Of a stretch of 64,000 nucleotides of DNA, positions 34,955 through 45,574 are shown piece by piece. This DNA is from a virus. Its lineage: Duplodnaviria > Caudoviricetes. How positions within the stretch are numbered: the first letter of the stretch is position 1; each line of letters begins with the position of its first letter. Position numbers and translations under genes: made by a program. Location of the stretch: the IMG/VR virus record IMGVR_UViG_3300031134_000001, positions 160,001-224,000 of that record. One strand, given 5' to 3'. The notes beneath the pieces were generated by a model. The model saw nothing but the letters and a program-made list of their open reading frames with translations. It was not told the origin of the DNA and searched no databases.

Positions 34955-35485
34955 ATGTACTGCATCATCGCCAACGTCAAAGAAGACAAAGCATTTCGTA
35001 ACGGTGCCAAGGTGTATCTCCTCAACGGCAGGCAAAGCTCTAACAGTGTTGAAGTTCATGGCATTAGCAAAGGCGGTCGGAAGATTAACAAGTACATCCC
35101 GTACAAACGCTTGGAGAACTTCCGCGCTGCATGGGTGCCTGACCATCTGAACTACGAGAAAACCAAAGTATGGTGGGGGGTGGGATGCTGGTGGGAACTC
35201 AAGGAAGACGCGCAAGACGCGGCGAATAAGCTGGCGATGATCTGGGCGGGCATTCGTTACTTTAGTGAAAACGAAGGGCGCTTGATGCAAGATGGTGCGC
35301 CAACCAGTGAAGCACATAACCGCGCTCGCGGAGAACGGCTGGCTAGTCACTATAGCTGTAACTGCATTCCTATGGAATTCATGAAAGTTGGCCACACCAC
35401 CCATCAACGTTTTACACCTTCTGAATTGAAATTGAACAATGTCCAAATATCTCCGCCAACCACCCCAAGCCCTAAGCCCGATTGA
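34955..35485 (+). CDS. hypothetical protein
   Basis: GAAGG RBS. Confidence 0.75.
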   Translation: MYCIIANVKEDKAFRNGAKVYLLNGRQSSNSVEVHGISKGGRKINKYIPYKRLENFRAAWVPDHLNYEKTKVWWGVGCWWELKEDAQDAANKLAMIWAGIRYFSENEGRLMQDGAPTSEAHNRARGERLASHYSCNCIPMEFMKVGHTTHQRFTPSELKLNNVQISPPTTPSPKPD

Positions 35486-35969
35486 ACTTGATCTGACCAA
35501 AAAGGTTTTCAGAGAAAACTACGATTTGGTTGGCGAAACAGTCGACCGGTTCATCGATGAGATCGCCAAATTAGCGTATGCGAACGGTGTGGAAGATACG
35601 CGCAAAAACATCACTGACCACACACCCGACTTTTTCCCAGACTTGCCACCACCGGCGATGTTGTATTCGTTGTTTCCCAATGCCCCCCGTTACTATGAGT
35701 CGGGACAAATGCACCTTCATGCAGATGCCGCGGTTCAGTGCTACGAGAAAACACGAGCGCCTAAGGACCCAGCTGACGGTGACGCGGTGGCTTGGGCGGT
35801 GTGGAATATCCGAGAAGACAAACCCAAGTTCATCTCGACCAACAAAGGCTATATCAAAACGTTCATGGGTACTGTTGTCAAAGCCCATGAACCATACGAG
35901 TTCCGTGCATTGACGGTCGAACAACTCATCGCTTTGGTACGGCTACACAACAAAGTTACTTCGCTATAA
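35439..35969 (+). CDS. hypothetical protein
   Basis: ORF track. Confidence 0.7.
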   Translation: MSKYLRQPPQALSPIELDLTKKVFRENYDLVGETVDRFIDEIAKLAYANGVEDTRKNITDHTPDFFPDLPPPAMLYSLFPNAPRYYESGQMHLHADAAVQCYEKTRAPKDPADGDAVAWAVWNIREDKPKFISTNKGYIKTFMGTVVKAHEPYEFRALTVEQLIALVRLHNKVTSL

Positions 35970-35978
35970 AGGATCATC

Positions 35979-36245
35979 ATGTTCGCATGGATTGGCAATC
36001 TTTTCTCACGGCCACCCAAACAAGTCCAAGTTGTCAAAGCAGGCGGTGTAGGTATACAAGCTGGGCGCTCGGCAAACAACGCGGTGGTGGCTAACTGGGA
36101 TTATCCAGAAGACCAGCATGCTCCAGAACCACAGGACGCGCCTAGTGGTCGTAACTGGATCGACCGACATCCGTATCGCTCTGACAATCGTAAAGCGCCT
36201 ACGGCGGCGTGTGGCCATCCCTGCGACACTTGCAAAGATAAGTAA
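35979..36245 (+). CDS. hypothetical protein
   Basis: AAAGGA RBS. Confidence 0.65.
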   Translation: MFAWIGNLFSRPPKQVQVVKAGGVGIQAGRSANNAVVANWDYPEDQHAPEPQDAPSGRNWIDRHPYRSDNRKAPTAACGHPCDTCKDK

Positions 36246-36503
36246 TGGCGTGCACTTGTAAGTGTAGTCATTGCCAACAGATGGGCAATGTGCCAAACCC
36301 GAAACCCAAACCCGTTAAGCCGCCTAAGGCGAAATAAATAGAGGAGCTACGGCTCCTCTGTTATGTTGTCTGTTTTTCATGAATGATGTTTCCGTAGTAC
36401 ATTTTATGTCGAAACTTACGTGGTTTCATTTTGACAGACAACTGTATAGCGAGGACACTATCGTGACGTTCAATGTAACAGCCTTAAACGCGGAGCGTGA
36501 ATA

Positions 36504-36770
36504 ATGAATCCTCATTTTCACATGAAGCCAGAAATGTCGTCCTTGCGGGTGTATTCTGCCCCCAACGGCTACGAAGAACGCCGTCCGTATGACGGCATCA
36601 TCATGGTAAACCACTTAACTGACACCGTCGTTTATCTGCACGGCGCAATCGGTAAGGTTGATCGTGGCACGTACACCATGGCTTTGAAACTGCTGCGCGA
36701 TAGCGGCGTGAAGAAAGTCATGTACGAACGTCGCGGTGAAATGAAGACCATGCATTTGGCAGAGCTGTAA
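36504..36770 (+). CDS. hypothetical protein
   Basis: GGAG RBS. Confidence 0.65.
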   Translation: MNPHFHMKPEMSSLRVYSAPNGYEERRPYDGIIMVNHLTDTVVYLHGAIGKVDRGTYTMALKLLRDSGVKKVMYERRGEMKTMHLAEL

Positions 36771-36889
36771 TGGCAAGACACTATTTACTTAAGAGGACGG
36801 GCTTAGGCTCGCCCTCTTGCTATGCCGTCTTAATTTTTCACGACTATATCACTAACAAGTACATGCTAATAACTAACAAGGAAACTGAC

Positions 36890-37366
36890 ATGCTTGCGTT
36901 AGAAACAAAGGGATTAATTACACAAGCTGATTTTGTCATTCTCGATAGTGTCGACGAAATGATTGCCTTGTATGATTTACTCGAATTGACCAATCCTGAA
37001 AGATCTTTTCGAGGAACCATCGACGGCTTAATCTCATCGATTATTGAAATGTGTTTTTTTAAACGGTGCGCCCAAGAGGAACTCGACACCTATTTAGAAA
37101 CAAACTACTTTGTACACAAGCTACCCAATGCCGTTATCGCCAAGCAATGGAACGTTGTTATTGTTCATGCTAGCAATGGGGCTGAAGTGGTAGATCGTCG
37201 TAAGAATCGACGTAATCCAAAAGAGATCATCGAAACGCTAGCGCGAAACATCTGGTATCAGTTGTCCACTTACCAGCTGTACGATCCACACGGCACGCTG
37301 ATGTTTGAATACGATCCGACGTCGCCAGACGGATCGATAGAAATCAGGCTGCGTCGTTTACGCTAA
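36890..37366 (+). CDS. hypothetical protein (start revised from 36770)
   Basis: TATATCACT at 36845 and AACTAACAAGGA leader precede in-frame ATG 36890. Confidence 0.65.
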   Translation: MLALETKGLITQADFVILDSVDEMIALYDLLELTNPERSFRGTIDGLISSIIEMCFFKRCAQEELDTYLETNYFVHKLPNAVIAKQWNVVIVHASNGAEVVDRRKNRRNPKEIIETLARNIWYQLSTYQLYDPHGTLMFEYDPTSPDGSIEIRLRRLR

Positions 37367-37441
37367 CGACATTAACTTCAAGCAATTTTTCGGTAATCTT
37401 TGATCTGCAACCCCTATCGAATGTGAGAAAAGGATTCAAGG

Positions 37442-37864
37442 ATGTCAATGCTCTACACCCGCACCATTATTACCACCAATGGTTGGATTGAAAAACTACG
37501 CGCTTTGCTACCGCACGTGACGGATAACGTCGACGAAGCCTTTCGTGGTTTGGTCAATGCGGTGGTGGAGTCTGTGCGTTATCGTGACAAGGCAATGCGT
37601 GAGATCGTTGTCATGTCACAAGCGTTAGAACGTAACCTCGATTACGGCGTAACTGTCAAGAAGGAACTTGTCGCCACCATCAAAGAGCTGGCCAAAGAAG
37701 TGTACTTCCAAGTGGAGAGCTACAATCTCTACAACGAAAGCGGTATTCTCATGTACACGTATTTCTGGCATCCCGATACGGGCTTTGATGACATTATTTT
37801 GCACCCTATCATTTCTTTGACATACAACCCAACGGTTCCCTGCTATGAGCCCAGGACCTACTAG
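37442..37864 (+). CDS. hypothetical protein
   Basis: AAGGA RBS. Confidence 0.7.
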   Translation: MSMLYTRTIITTNGWIEKLRALLPHVTDNVDEAFRGLVNAVVESVRYRDKAMREIVVMSQALERNLDYGVTVKKELVATIKELAKEVYFQVESYNLYNESGILMYTYFWHPDTGFDDIILHPIISLTYNPTVPCYEPRTY

Positions 37865-38390
37865 ATCCCCACACCGGGTGTTCATCATCGACTTAAGGCA
37901 ACAGCTCATCGGGTTTCAAGAAATCGTTTCAGACTACTGTGACGACTTTGACTTGGTCAATGAACTAAGTCTACTGACGGTGACGATGAATTTGCTCCAC
38001 GTGCGTGACGCTGTGGGTGAAGCTATCGAAGCCATGGAAATTCACGTCAATAGCTTTTGTCGTTATGAGCACAACGTCTTTAACACCATGCGCCTGCGTT
38101 CGGTCATTGCCGCTTACATGCATGAGATGCACGACATCTTTGTGCAAGCTGGCTTGTACGAACACGGCTGTTATTTAGGGTACACCTTCGGTGGTTGGAT
38201 TGCGCCTTTCGAAGCGCGTATTGTGCCCTATACCCACATGGACGAATACCCGCACGCCCGTAACACGATTGTGCAGTGCGAACCCCTGTCGAATAACCCA
38301 CTTGACAGGTTTCCTGAAGTGCGTGACCCTGACACCATTCGCATCCGCTTTAATGCGTTACTGCGCGGCGAAGAAACAATCCCCTACTAA
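37845..38390 (+). CDS. hypothetical protein
   Basis: ORF track. Confidence 0.65.
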   Translation: MSPGPTRSPHRVFIIDLRQQLIGFQEIVSDYCDDFDLVNELSLLTVTMNLLHVRDAVGEAIEAMEIHVNSFCRYEHNVFNTMRLRSVIAAYMHEMHDIFVQAGLYEHGCYLGYTFGGWIAPFEARIVPYTHMDEYPHARNTIVQCEPLSNNPLDRFPEVRDPDTIRIRFNALLRGEETIPY

Positions 38391-38460
38391 AAACCCATAC
38401 GGCGTTTTTATCCAGCACTACTATACACAGCCAAACCACGGCAACTAATGAGAGGTTATC

Positions 38461-38829
38461 ATGACTACATCTTCCGTAAGCAAAGCTCCAATGCCCGTTC
38501 GTGTGCGACCGACGCACCGCACATGGCAATCGGTAAACGGGAAAGTGGTGACTGCTGAAAAAGTAGAAGCCCCCGCACCAACACTGACCAGCGTTGACTG
38601 GGAAGCACACGTCGTTGACACGGCTACCGACACCGATGTTGCGCATTACCCTACCGTTACCGGCACAGTCAATGTACCAGAAGGTGCCGATCCAAGCAGC
38701 GACATCGAAGCGGAATACATCGTGCGGTGCAAGTACGCTGACGGCGATAAACTCGACGTTGATAAGCTGATTAAAAACGTCCAAGCAGGGATCTGGGAAA
38801 TCCACCACAAAGTACCAGAGCCGGCATAA
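38461..38829 (+). CDS. hypothetical protein
   Basis: GAGG RBS; terminator follows. Confidence 0.75.
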   Translation: MTTSSVSKAPMPVRVRPTHRTWQSVNGKVVTAEKVEAPAPTLTSVDWEAHVVDTATDTDVAHYPTVTGTVNVPEGADPSSDIEAEYIVRCKYADGDKLDVDKLIKNVQAGIWEIHHKVPEPA

Positions 38830-38935
38830 TGCCACCGCCCACCTGACTTCGGTTGGGTGGGTCGTATGCCGACATTCTTTTTTTACAGAGGGTAACCATC
38901 ATGTTGACAGATACGCCCCTAGAACTTTTAAGGGC

Positions 38936-38951
38936 TATATCACTAGGGTGA
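38936..38951 (+). promoter_or_regulatory. putative early promoter core TATATCACTAGGGTGA
   Basis: Recurrent motif after terminator. Confidence 0.55.
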
Positions 38952-39006
38952 TACCTTTCTGAGTGTCAACCTATAATTTTGTCTATAACTAACAACAAAG
39001 ATTTCT

Positions 39007-39609
39007 ATGTCAACCAAACTGAAAGCCAAAAAGATCGTTGCTACGGTAGCGAATGCTCACGCACCGAAGTCGCAATCGCGACGCGTTTTCGGCGACTTTC
39101 TGAAACACGATGCGTTTGTCATTACGTCTAGCCGCATGTCGCTGGATGCCACGATGCGTATCGCCAACGGCAAAGGCAACTTCAAAGATTGGGACACCAT
39201 TACCAATCGCCTGTATGCTGGCTCGTTCATGTATCACCACTACTTCAAACCGAACCAAGACATTGTCGACGTGGTAAACCGCGCCGTCGATTCGGTCAAG
39301 CTCATCATGGTTCGTACGCTCTGCATCGGCGCTGACGGCTTTGGCATGCGGCCGAAAGAACTGGAGTACGTCCTTGAAGCGCTGGAACTGTTTGACACCA
39401 TGACGCGCTCCATGACATCCCAGGAAGTCATGCTGTCATACCACAACGCCGGTAACTATTTGGACGAAGTGCTCAAGGTCAACCAAGAAGCCATCGACAA
39501 GTTTCACAAACAAGAAAGCTTTTACAATTCACAACGGATGTTGCTAGACCTGGCTCTGGAACATCAGCAATACGTCGTCCCTCTCGGTTCTTGCCCTTGG
39601 GCTAGTTAA
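39007..39609 (+). CDS. hypothetical protein
   Basis: AACTAACAACAAAG leader. Confidence 0.8.
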   Translation: MSTKLKAKKIVATVANAHAPKSQSRRVFGDFLKHDAFVITSSRMSLDATMRIANGKGNFKDWDTITNRLYAGSFMYHHYFKPNQDIVDVVNRAVDSVKLIMVRTLCIGADGFGMRPKELEYVLEALELFDTMTRSMTSQEVMLSYHNAGNYLDEVLKVNQEAIDKFHKQESFYNSQRMLLDLALEHQQYVVPLGSCPWAS

Positions 39610-39620
39610 AAGGAAAAAGC

Positions 39621-39962
39621 ATGTGCGTAGTTTCCCATCAAGTCACGATGTCTCTTTGGCCCCAATGTACGGAGACGACCAACGAACTGCTCAAGCCTGA
39701 GTTAGTTACGTATCTCGTACAACCGCCAGTGTGGACCCAAGGAGACGATGTATCGTTAGAGATGTGGCTGGAACACCAAACCAAAATGAAGTTCTTGGTG
39801 GACCTGCGTAAGCGTGCTCAGTCAACACCCGAGTTGCACCACTTGTTAATCGGTGACCGCTTTACGATCCGCGGCACGATGCACGGATGGCTGGCACCTG
39901 TTGACGCCAAAGGTAATCGCCGTCAAAAGACGTATGTACCTCCCGATATAAAAGACGCATAA
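39621..39962 (+). CDS. hypothetical protein
   Basis: AAAGGA RBS. Confidence 0.7.
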   Translation: MCVVSHQVTMSLWPQCTETTNELLKPELVTYLVQPPVWTQGDDVSLEMWLEHQTKMKFLVDLRKRAQSTPELHHLLIGDRFTIRGTMHGWLAPVDAKGNRRQKTYVPPDIKDA

Positions 39963-40068
39963 CCCCCTCCCCTATCCTACTGGGATAGGGGGCGTATGCC
40001 GTTTGATAGAAAAGAATCGCCTGCTTCTAAGTTATAGCCACAATAACCAACAACATAAAGGAACAGCC

Positions 40069-40434
40069 ATGCTCACCATCTCCAAATCCCACAGCTTGCT
40101 CGCAGCAGAAGCTGTGGTCGCTATCTTTACCATTCTTAACAATGACGGCTCCGACATCGAAGAGGATGTTGATATCGAAATACAGGCAGCTACTGTTGGA
40201 CAGCGTTCGGCGCTTATGCTTGTCGATGAGACGGCAGGTAAAGTGGCGTGGATTTTACTTAATCGCTCTTCCGAAGGAATCCGGCTTCTGTTCGGTGAAC
40301 GTGAGAAGCGTAGTTATGATTTCGAAAATCATCACATTCCAAACGATTTTACTGAAGAATGTGATCTGAGGGACAACAGCTATTACGAAGCAGCCCAACG
40401 ACTCTACACCTTCTTTACTATCGCTAAGGATTAA
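40069..40434 (+). CDS. hypothetical protein
   Basis: AACCAACAACATAAAGGA leader. Confidence 0.75.
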   Translation: MLTISKSHSLLAAEAVVAIFTILNNDGSDIEEDVDIEIQAATVGQRSALMLVDETAGKVAWILLNRSSEGIRLLFGEREKRSYDFENHHIPNDFTEECDLRDNSYYEAAQRLYTFFTIAKD

Positions 40435-40438
40435 CATC

Positions 40439-41578
40439 ATGTCGAAGGATGACAACGTCACACCCATCAATAAATCGGTCGCTGAAAGTCTCGCTCTGGG
40501 AGATGATCCTACCGATCCGCTTAACTACGGGTTGGAGCATCTGGCTAACTGGATTCCCAATGCGCACTGGCGTTTTGGCATGACCCCGCAGGAGTTCAAC
40601 CTGATGTTTTCCATCGACGCGGATCGACTGCCTACTCCGCTCGAATTCAGAGACTATCTTCTCCACGGCAAACCAGAAAAGAAAGATGGCGGTTACATCG
40701 ACATCCGTCAATTCTCCAGCAACCCGTTCGTGAGCGGCCCAGCAGGTGACGATGCAGCGCACAACGTCTGGTTCGACGCTACTTCGCCAAAGATATCCAA
40801 CCTGCGTCGGCCTGTTGATAAACCAAAAGAAGGTATCTTCCGCAAGCACGTATCCGCTAAGCCAAATAATTTCACCTTTGAAGAGCAAGGTTTCTCCTTC
40901 AAAGGCGTTATCGATTCCATCATCAATAACCCAGACGCCCGGCTGAATATCCTCGTTACGGGTGACGTGGATCAAAAGCCCACGTACGAGCAAATGCGTG
41001 AATACATCCTGGCCAAGGACAAGAGTCTGGATGTGTTGAATGATATCAACGTCGAATCGTGGATTCCGAAAGTTATCTGGATGGACCCTGAGACAAAGAT
41101 GCCGCTCGACGCATTACGCGATATGGACCAATACTTAAACTCCCATATTGCCCCTCCAACGCTGCGGGACACTTCGCCTTGGGTGTCCACAGTAAAGTCT
41201 CATCTGCGGGCCGCCATCGATCCATCCCACATTGTGCACAACACGATGCCGATGCCGCCTAGGGCAGACATGCGCTTGCCGTATCCAATAATTCGTTTTA
41301 GTGAAGCTGAACGAAAGATGATCGATAACGCAAAGGAAATATTCAAAAACCTGTTCGAACCTCCCTCTGGGTATTTCGGTCCAAAACATTTCGATCTTTG
41401 TATCGGTCGTCAAGAACAGCGGCGTGCTAAAACTACCCAGAAGTTGAAGCAAGCTGGTTATGTGCCCAAAGCAGCAACAGGTCCCAAGAAGCGCGGAGAT
41501 CGCAACGCTGTGCAGTTCGTACGTGATGTTAAACCCCATCCCTTGCTCAGGGGAATAATCAAGAAAACGGAGAGCTAG
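40439..41578 (+). CDS. hypothetical protein
   Basis: 379-aa ORF in operon. Confidence 0.8.
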   Translation: MSKDDNVTPINKSVAESLALGDDPTDPLNYGLEHLANWIPNAHWRFGMTPQEFNLMFSIDADRLPTPLEFRDYLLHGKPEKKDGGYIDIRQFSSNPFVSGPAGDDAAHNVWFDATSPKISNLRRPVDKPKEGIFRKHVSAKPNNFTFEEQGFSFKGVIDSIINNPDARLNILVTGDVDQKPTYEQMREYILAKDKSLDVLNDINVESWIPKVIWMDPETKMPLDALRDMDQYLNSHIAPPTLRDTSPWVSTVKSHLRAAIDPSHIVHNTMPMPPRADMRLPYPIIRFSEAERKMIDNAKEIFKNLFEPPSGYFGPKHFDLCIGRQEQRRAKTTQKLKQAGYVPKAATGPKKRGDRNAVQFVRDVKPHPLLRGIIKKTES

Positions 41579-41579
41579 C

Positions 41580-41870
41580 ATGACTGCCAATAAATCGTCA
41601 ACGCTGTTTTTCGCTTACGAAGGTCCTTCGCCTTCGGTTATCGGCATCCTTCGTCAGATGAACAAAGCGGTAACCGGCGACCCTGATCGTGAGCCTACCA
41701 AAGAAGAATTGGCGCAGTTCCAAGCAAATCAACCGCGCTGTGTGGATTATATCACCAAGCTTCCCCGCGAGCCGATGACACCAGCAGAAATGGCTAACGC
41801 CAAAAAGCTGTTTGAATCCATGCGTAACTTCACAAACAACAACAAGGAAGACCAACATGAACCAAAATAA
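41580..41870 (+). CDS. hypothetical protein
   Basis: GGAG RBS. Confidence 0.7.
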   Translation: MTANKSSTLFFAYEGPSPSVIGILRQMNKAVTGDPDREPTKEELAQFQANQPRCVDYITKLPREPMTPAEMANAKKLFESMRNFTNNNKEDQHEPK

Positions 41871-42324
41871 CCAAGACGGCAGTCGTGGCGTCGTAATCGC
41901 CATTGAACAACTGACAGGCGAGGAGCCGATCGATGACAACCGCGCAGAGATGATCTTCGATCAAGGGCTGTCGATCAGTCACCAATCCACCATGCTGCTA
42001 AACGATACGTACAACATCGCACTGATTACCGGCATCGCTTGTGGCTCGTACGCTGAGTTGAACGAATTGTCAGAAAGTCGTAATAGCTCGTTCATTAAAA
42101 TCAACAACGAATGGCAGGAGCATAGTGGTAGTCACCGCAACCTAACTCGCGCGGAATCGATCGCCAAAACACTGCGCGCCATCGGCGGTGGTGAAGGTCT
42201 GAATTTCCCGATCACCTACAGCGAATACCAAAAACTGGTGGAACGTGTCCAAGAAGGCGATCTGCTTCTGGCCATCGCAGTGGTCGCCTCGATCGATGCT
42301 AAGGTAGCGAAAGTGAAAGGTTAA
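41857..42324 (+). CDS. hypothetical protein
   Basis: AACAACAAGGA before ATG 41857. Confidence 0.75.
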   Translation: MNQNNQDGSRGVVIAIEQLTGEEPIDDNRAEMIFDQGLSISHQSTMLLNDTYNIALITGIACGSYAELNELSESRNSSFIKINNEWQEHSGSHRNLTRAESIAKTLRAIGGGEGLNFPITYSEYQKLVERVQEGDLLLAIAVVASIDAKVAKVKG

Positions 42325-42328
42325 AGTC

Positions 42329-42685
42329 ATGGATCAGAAAAAGATCGAGTACAAGGATGTTGGTGAACCCTTGATCGTCATCGACAGTATGGCCGACCTC
42401 GTGGATCGTCAACAGGCTAAGCTGGCCAAACTTCACGTGGGTGATATTCCAGGAAAGGTGTCCCTGATAAGCAGCCGACGCAATGGAAAGGATGGTCAGC
42501 GAATCACCATGAACGCGGCCATCGCTACCATTCTGGCTAATAAGTTCGGTGCTACCGCCCCTGCCATCAATGCAAATTACGAGCAGAGATTTGCGGGTGA
42601 CACCCACGGTAAGCCGAGTAAGCCGGCGGCGCCTAAAGAACAAGCCAGCCTGCTAGCGCGTGCGCTGATGCAGCGTCTTAAATAA
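42329..42685 (+). CDS. hypothetical protein
   Basis: Operonic ORF. Confidence 0.7.
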   Translation: MDQKKIEYKDVGEPLIVIDSMADLVDRQQAKLAKLHVGDIPGKVSLISSRRNGKDGQRITMNAAIATILANKFGATAPAINANYEQRFAGDTHGKPSKPAAPKEQASLLARALMQRLK

Positions 42686-42695
42686 GGAACATTCC

Positions 42696-43052
42696 ATGAT
42701 TATCAAACAATCGAATTATGCGATCGTGAGCGGTCCTCGCCCCGATATTCCAGAAGAAGTAACAAAGCTTCAGAAAAAAGGTTGGATTGCTGTCGGCGGT
42801 GTTCACGTAACCATCGACGGCGTCGGCGCCGCGCAAGCCATGGTAATGCCAGCGCCAGAAAAGAAAGTGACCGACTATGTGTTAGCTTCTGAAGATAGCA
42901 CTGACGGTTTGGAAAAATCTGTCAACGCCATGCTTCATCAAGGTTGGTCGTTGCATGGCGGACCTGCCACGTCGACTCATGAACGACAGATGCACGGTAT
43001 GAAAATTCAATTTACCCGATATACTCAGGCGATGGTAAAGTACGATGCTTAA
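42696..43052 (+). CDS. tandem DUF1737-like domain protein
   Basis: Two repeats of Y.iv....l...V..l...GW...GG......QAMV. Confidence 0.75.
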   Translation: MIIKQSNYAIVSGPRPDIPEEVTKLQKKGWIAVGGVHVTIDGVGAAQAMVMPAPEKKVTDYVLASEDSTDGLEKSVNAMLHQGWSLHGGPATSTHERQMHGMKIQFTRYTQAMVKYDA

Positions 43053-43404
43053 CCTGAGCAAAGAGGAGTTGATTTACTTAGGCCAACTTACCATGGCCGC
43101 TAAGGGTGAACTGGCTACATCGATCACTGCGAAGATTAACGATGAGTTAACGCGCATCGAATCGATGGTGGGTAAGGATACCGTGATGGTGTCGTTGGTT
43201 TTCAAGATGAGCGAACAGATACTGGCTATAAAGTTCTATCGCGCTCTGACTGGCTTTGCTCTCAAAGAATCGCACGACTACGTTCGTAGCTGCATGCCTG
43301 GGGCTGTTACAGTAAAGATTTTGCGCAGTGAGTTAGAACATGCTCAAAAGCTTGCTGAACAATTTCCTGCAATTACGATGTTAGTTTCTGGTTATAGTTC
43401 TTAA
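43045..43404 (+). CDS. protein with ribosomal L7/L12 C-terminal-like domain
   Basis: QILAIKFYRALTGFALKESHDYV. Confidence 0.6.
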   Translation: MLNLSKEELIYLGQLTMAAKGELATSITAKINDELTRIESMVGKDTVMVSLVFKMSEQILAIKFYRALTGFALKESHDYVRSCMPGAVTVKILRSELEHAQKLAEQFPAITMLVSGYSS

Positions 43405-43419
43405 ATGAAGGAGTAGTAG

Positions 43420-43734
43420 ATGGCAAAGAAAGATGTGTACCCAGGCGCTCGGTGCCGTATCATCGGCTCGGCCGTAGGTCCTAAAGGGACGTCGGTGGGT
43501 CGTGTGTGTATTGCGCGCGGTCCTGCTAAATCCCTGACGGGAGAACCGCACACGCTGTGGGGTCGGTTCTGGGAATGTGAATCGGCTGATGGTAAACCGT
43601 TCGATATCAAATACGGTGATGGACGTATCGATCGCCGTATGGTGGCGGCATTTGCCGAGGATTGGCTCGAAGTCATCGAAGACGATGAAGACCTGCCGAA
43701 AGCGAAAGCCAAAGAACACGAGCTGGTTGACTGA
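43420..43734 (+). CDS. hypothetical protein
   Basis: AAGGAG RBS. Confidence 0.75.
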   Translation: MAKKDVYPGARCRIIGSAVGPKGTSVGRVCIARGPAKSLTGEPHTLWGRFWECESADGKPFDIKYGDGRIDRRMVAAFAEDWLEVIEDDEDLPKAKAKEHELVD

Positions 43735-43901
43735 TGACAACGTATAAACTTTTGGATGGCGCCACCAGTAAGCAGCTTGAGGTGAAAGTAAATATTCAGC
43801 TCAAGTTGGGCTGGAAGCTTCATGGTGGTACGTTTACGAACAACGGCTCCTTTTACCAAGCCATGATCGTCGCGCACCGTAAGACCGAAAAGGTCAACTA
43901 A
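43734..43901 (+). CDS. DUF1737-like protein (55 aa, not in track)
   Basis: LEVKVNIQLKLGWKLHGG...FYQAMI; TGATG overlap. Confidence 0.7.
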   Translation: MTTYKLLDGATSKQLEVKVNIQLKLGWKLHGGTFTNNGSFYQAMIVAHRKTEKVN

Positions 43902-43914
43902 GAAAGGAATTATC

Positions 43915-44424
43915 GTGAACCAACCAATTGAACGCGGCAGCGCCGAATGGCATCGCCGAGTGCAGATGCTACTGCAAAAGCAAGTGGGTCTGATCAAAGA
44001 ACATGGCTATACGGTGCAGGGCGTATTTCCTAGCGACGAGGATACGCTGAAAGGTGATGGCAGCGACTCCTTCTTCTACACCATCGGTCTGTTCCAGAAG
44101 CGCTGGCCAGAGCTGCTGGTCTTGGGCGCACTGCACGGCGGTTCAGCTGCCGGTATCATCAAAGACGTCTACGACTTCTGGATGAAGAATGGTGACGCTT
44201 CGATCGGGGACATCCCAGCAGACGTGCCTGGCGGTAAGCTGCGCTTGAATCTAGTCCAACGCGGTGTCGGTCAGCAATTCACCGTCGGAGTTCGCACCTT
44301 CAAGCGCGACGAGATATACGAAGTGGTCCAGGTGCTCTGGCCCGATAACAAAGGTTGCCTGCCCGATGAGTCCGGTTATTCGACCGAAGCAGCACTCAAG
44401 CAAAAGATCTTGGAAAAGATTTAA
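43915..44424 (+). CDS. DUF4262-like protein
   Basis: IKEHGYTVQGV, FYTIGL...PELLVLG, QVLWPDNKGCLP. Confidence 0.75.
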   Translation: MNQPIERGSAEWHRRVQMLLQKQVGLIKEHGYTVQGVFPSDEDTLKGDGSDSFFYTIGLFQKRWPELLVLGALHGGSAAGIIKDVYDFWMKNGDASIGDIPADVPGGKLRLNLVQRGVGQQFTVGVRTFKRDEIYEVVQVLWPDNKGCLPDESGYSTEAALKQKILEKI

Positions 44425-44498
44425 TATCAAGGGCGTGACACCACCCCCCACGATCGTCAAATCCACACCCGTGGTCAACAACCGGAGTAATTGAACCC

Positions 44499-44729
44499 AT
44501 GGCGGGCATCATTCTTTTCGCAATCTGGCTTTTGATAGGCTGGATGTTTATATTTGCTCGAAGGGGACACACAGCAACACAAATCGCTCACGTCCGCCGA
44601 CAGGGGTTTCCACTATTTACAGCCATAGCCACGCTGTGCGTATTAACACTCTGGCCAATTGCCCCGGCAGTCCTGCGTGGACTGATCTGGGCACTGAATA
44701 AACTTCTCGACACTGAAGTCGACAAGTAA
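44499..44729 (+). CDS. membrane protein
   Basis: Two TM segments. Confidence 0.65.
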   Translation: MAGIILFAIWLLIGWMFIFARRGHTATQIAHVRRQGFPLFTAIATLCVLTLWPIAPAVLRGLIWALNKLLDTEVDK

Positions 44730-44761
44730 CCTACAACTAACAACACAAAAGGAAAAGCACC

Positions 44762-45574
44762 ATGAAACAAATCTCGATCGTTACCGAACCAACCAAACCG
44801 CAATACGGCGCTTGGGGTTCTATCGCTCTGCGCCCACACAAGAAAAATATCGAACACCTGGACGATCTGCCGCTGGCGTATGTCATGCTGGCTAACTTCA
44901 ACACCGCCCAAAACATCATCCAACCACTCGATGTTGAGCTGCATGCCGCGGCCTTCGAAGAACTGAACTGGGATGTTGTCGCCCTGCAGATCGGTGAGGC
45001 CATCCAAAAGCTGGTATCGGAAAACACGCCTGAGGACACCGTCTACGAAATCCGCGCACCACACGGCTCCACCAACGGCTGTTCGCAAACCATGCTGACC
45101 AACGAAGCCCGACTCGAAGCCATCGGCAAAAACGTCATCATTCAATACCGCAATCGCCACTCTGGCTTCTATCAAGCCGTCAACAATGAGCCGTTGATGC
45201 ATTCCGGCATTAGCACTCATGGCAATATCATCAACATGCATCTGGCTGTCGGCGCAGGCATTACCTTCCAGACCTACAACGAGAAGGAGCAAGTCCGCGC
45301 TATCGAAAACGCAGTGGGTGGTTTCTACGGCACTTGCCGCCTCGACGGCGTGCTGAAGCATTTCTCGCTGACGCAGGAAATGCAGTATGGTTCGGCCGCG
45401 ATTCCCCTGAACGAATACGTCTTCAGCGACAACTTTTTGGTGCCGCTGATTAAGAATGCAGTGGGCGCAGCCTTCCCATTCCTGGACGCGCTGCACAACC
45501 CGCTCACAAAAATCTCGATCAGCTCGCGCGGCGACACCATGACCGATTGCGCTCTGCGCGGTCGTTCGTTCTAA
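44762..45574 (+). CDS. hypothetical protein
   Basis: AACTAACAACACAAAAGGA leader; terminator follows. Confidence 0.8.
   Translation: MKQISIVTEPTKPQYGAWGSIALRPHKKNIEHLDDLPLAYVMLANFNTAQNIIQPLDVELHAAAFEELNWDVVALQIGEAIQKLVSENTPEDTVYEIRAPHGSTNGCSQTMLTNEARLEAIGKNVIIQYRNRHSGFYQAVNNEPLMHSGISTHGNIINMHLAVGAGITFQTYNEKEQVRAIENAVGGFYGTCRLDGVLKHFSLTQEMQYGSAAIPLNEYVFSDNFLVPLIKNAVGAAFPFLDALHNPLTKISISSRGDTMTDCALRGRSF

Noticed and set aside
43734-43901. Apparent frameshift in the small DUF1737-like gene
   Set aside because: Re-reading shows CTT TTG GAT; the ORF is intact and only below the 60-aa cutoff
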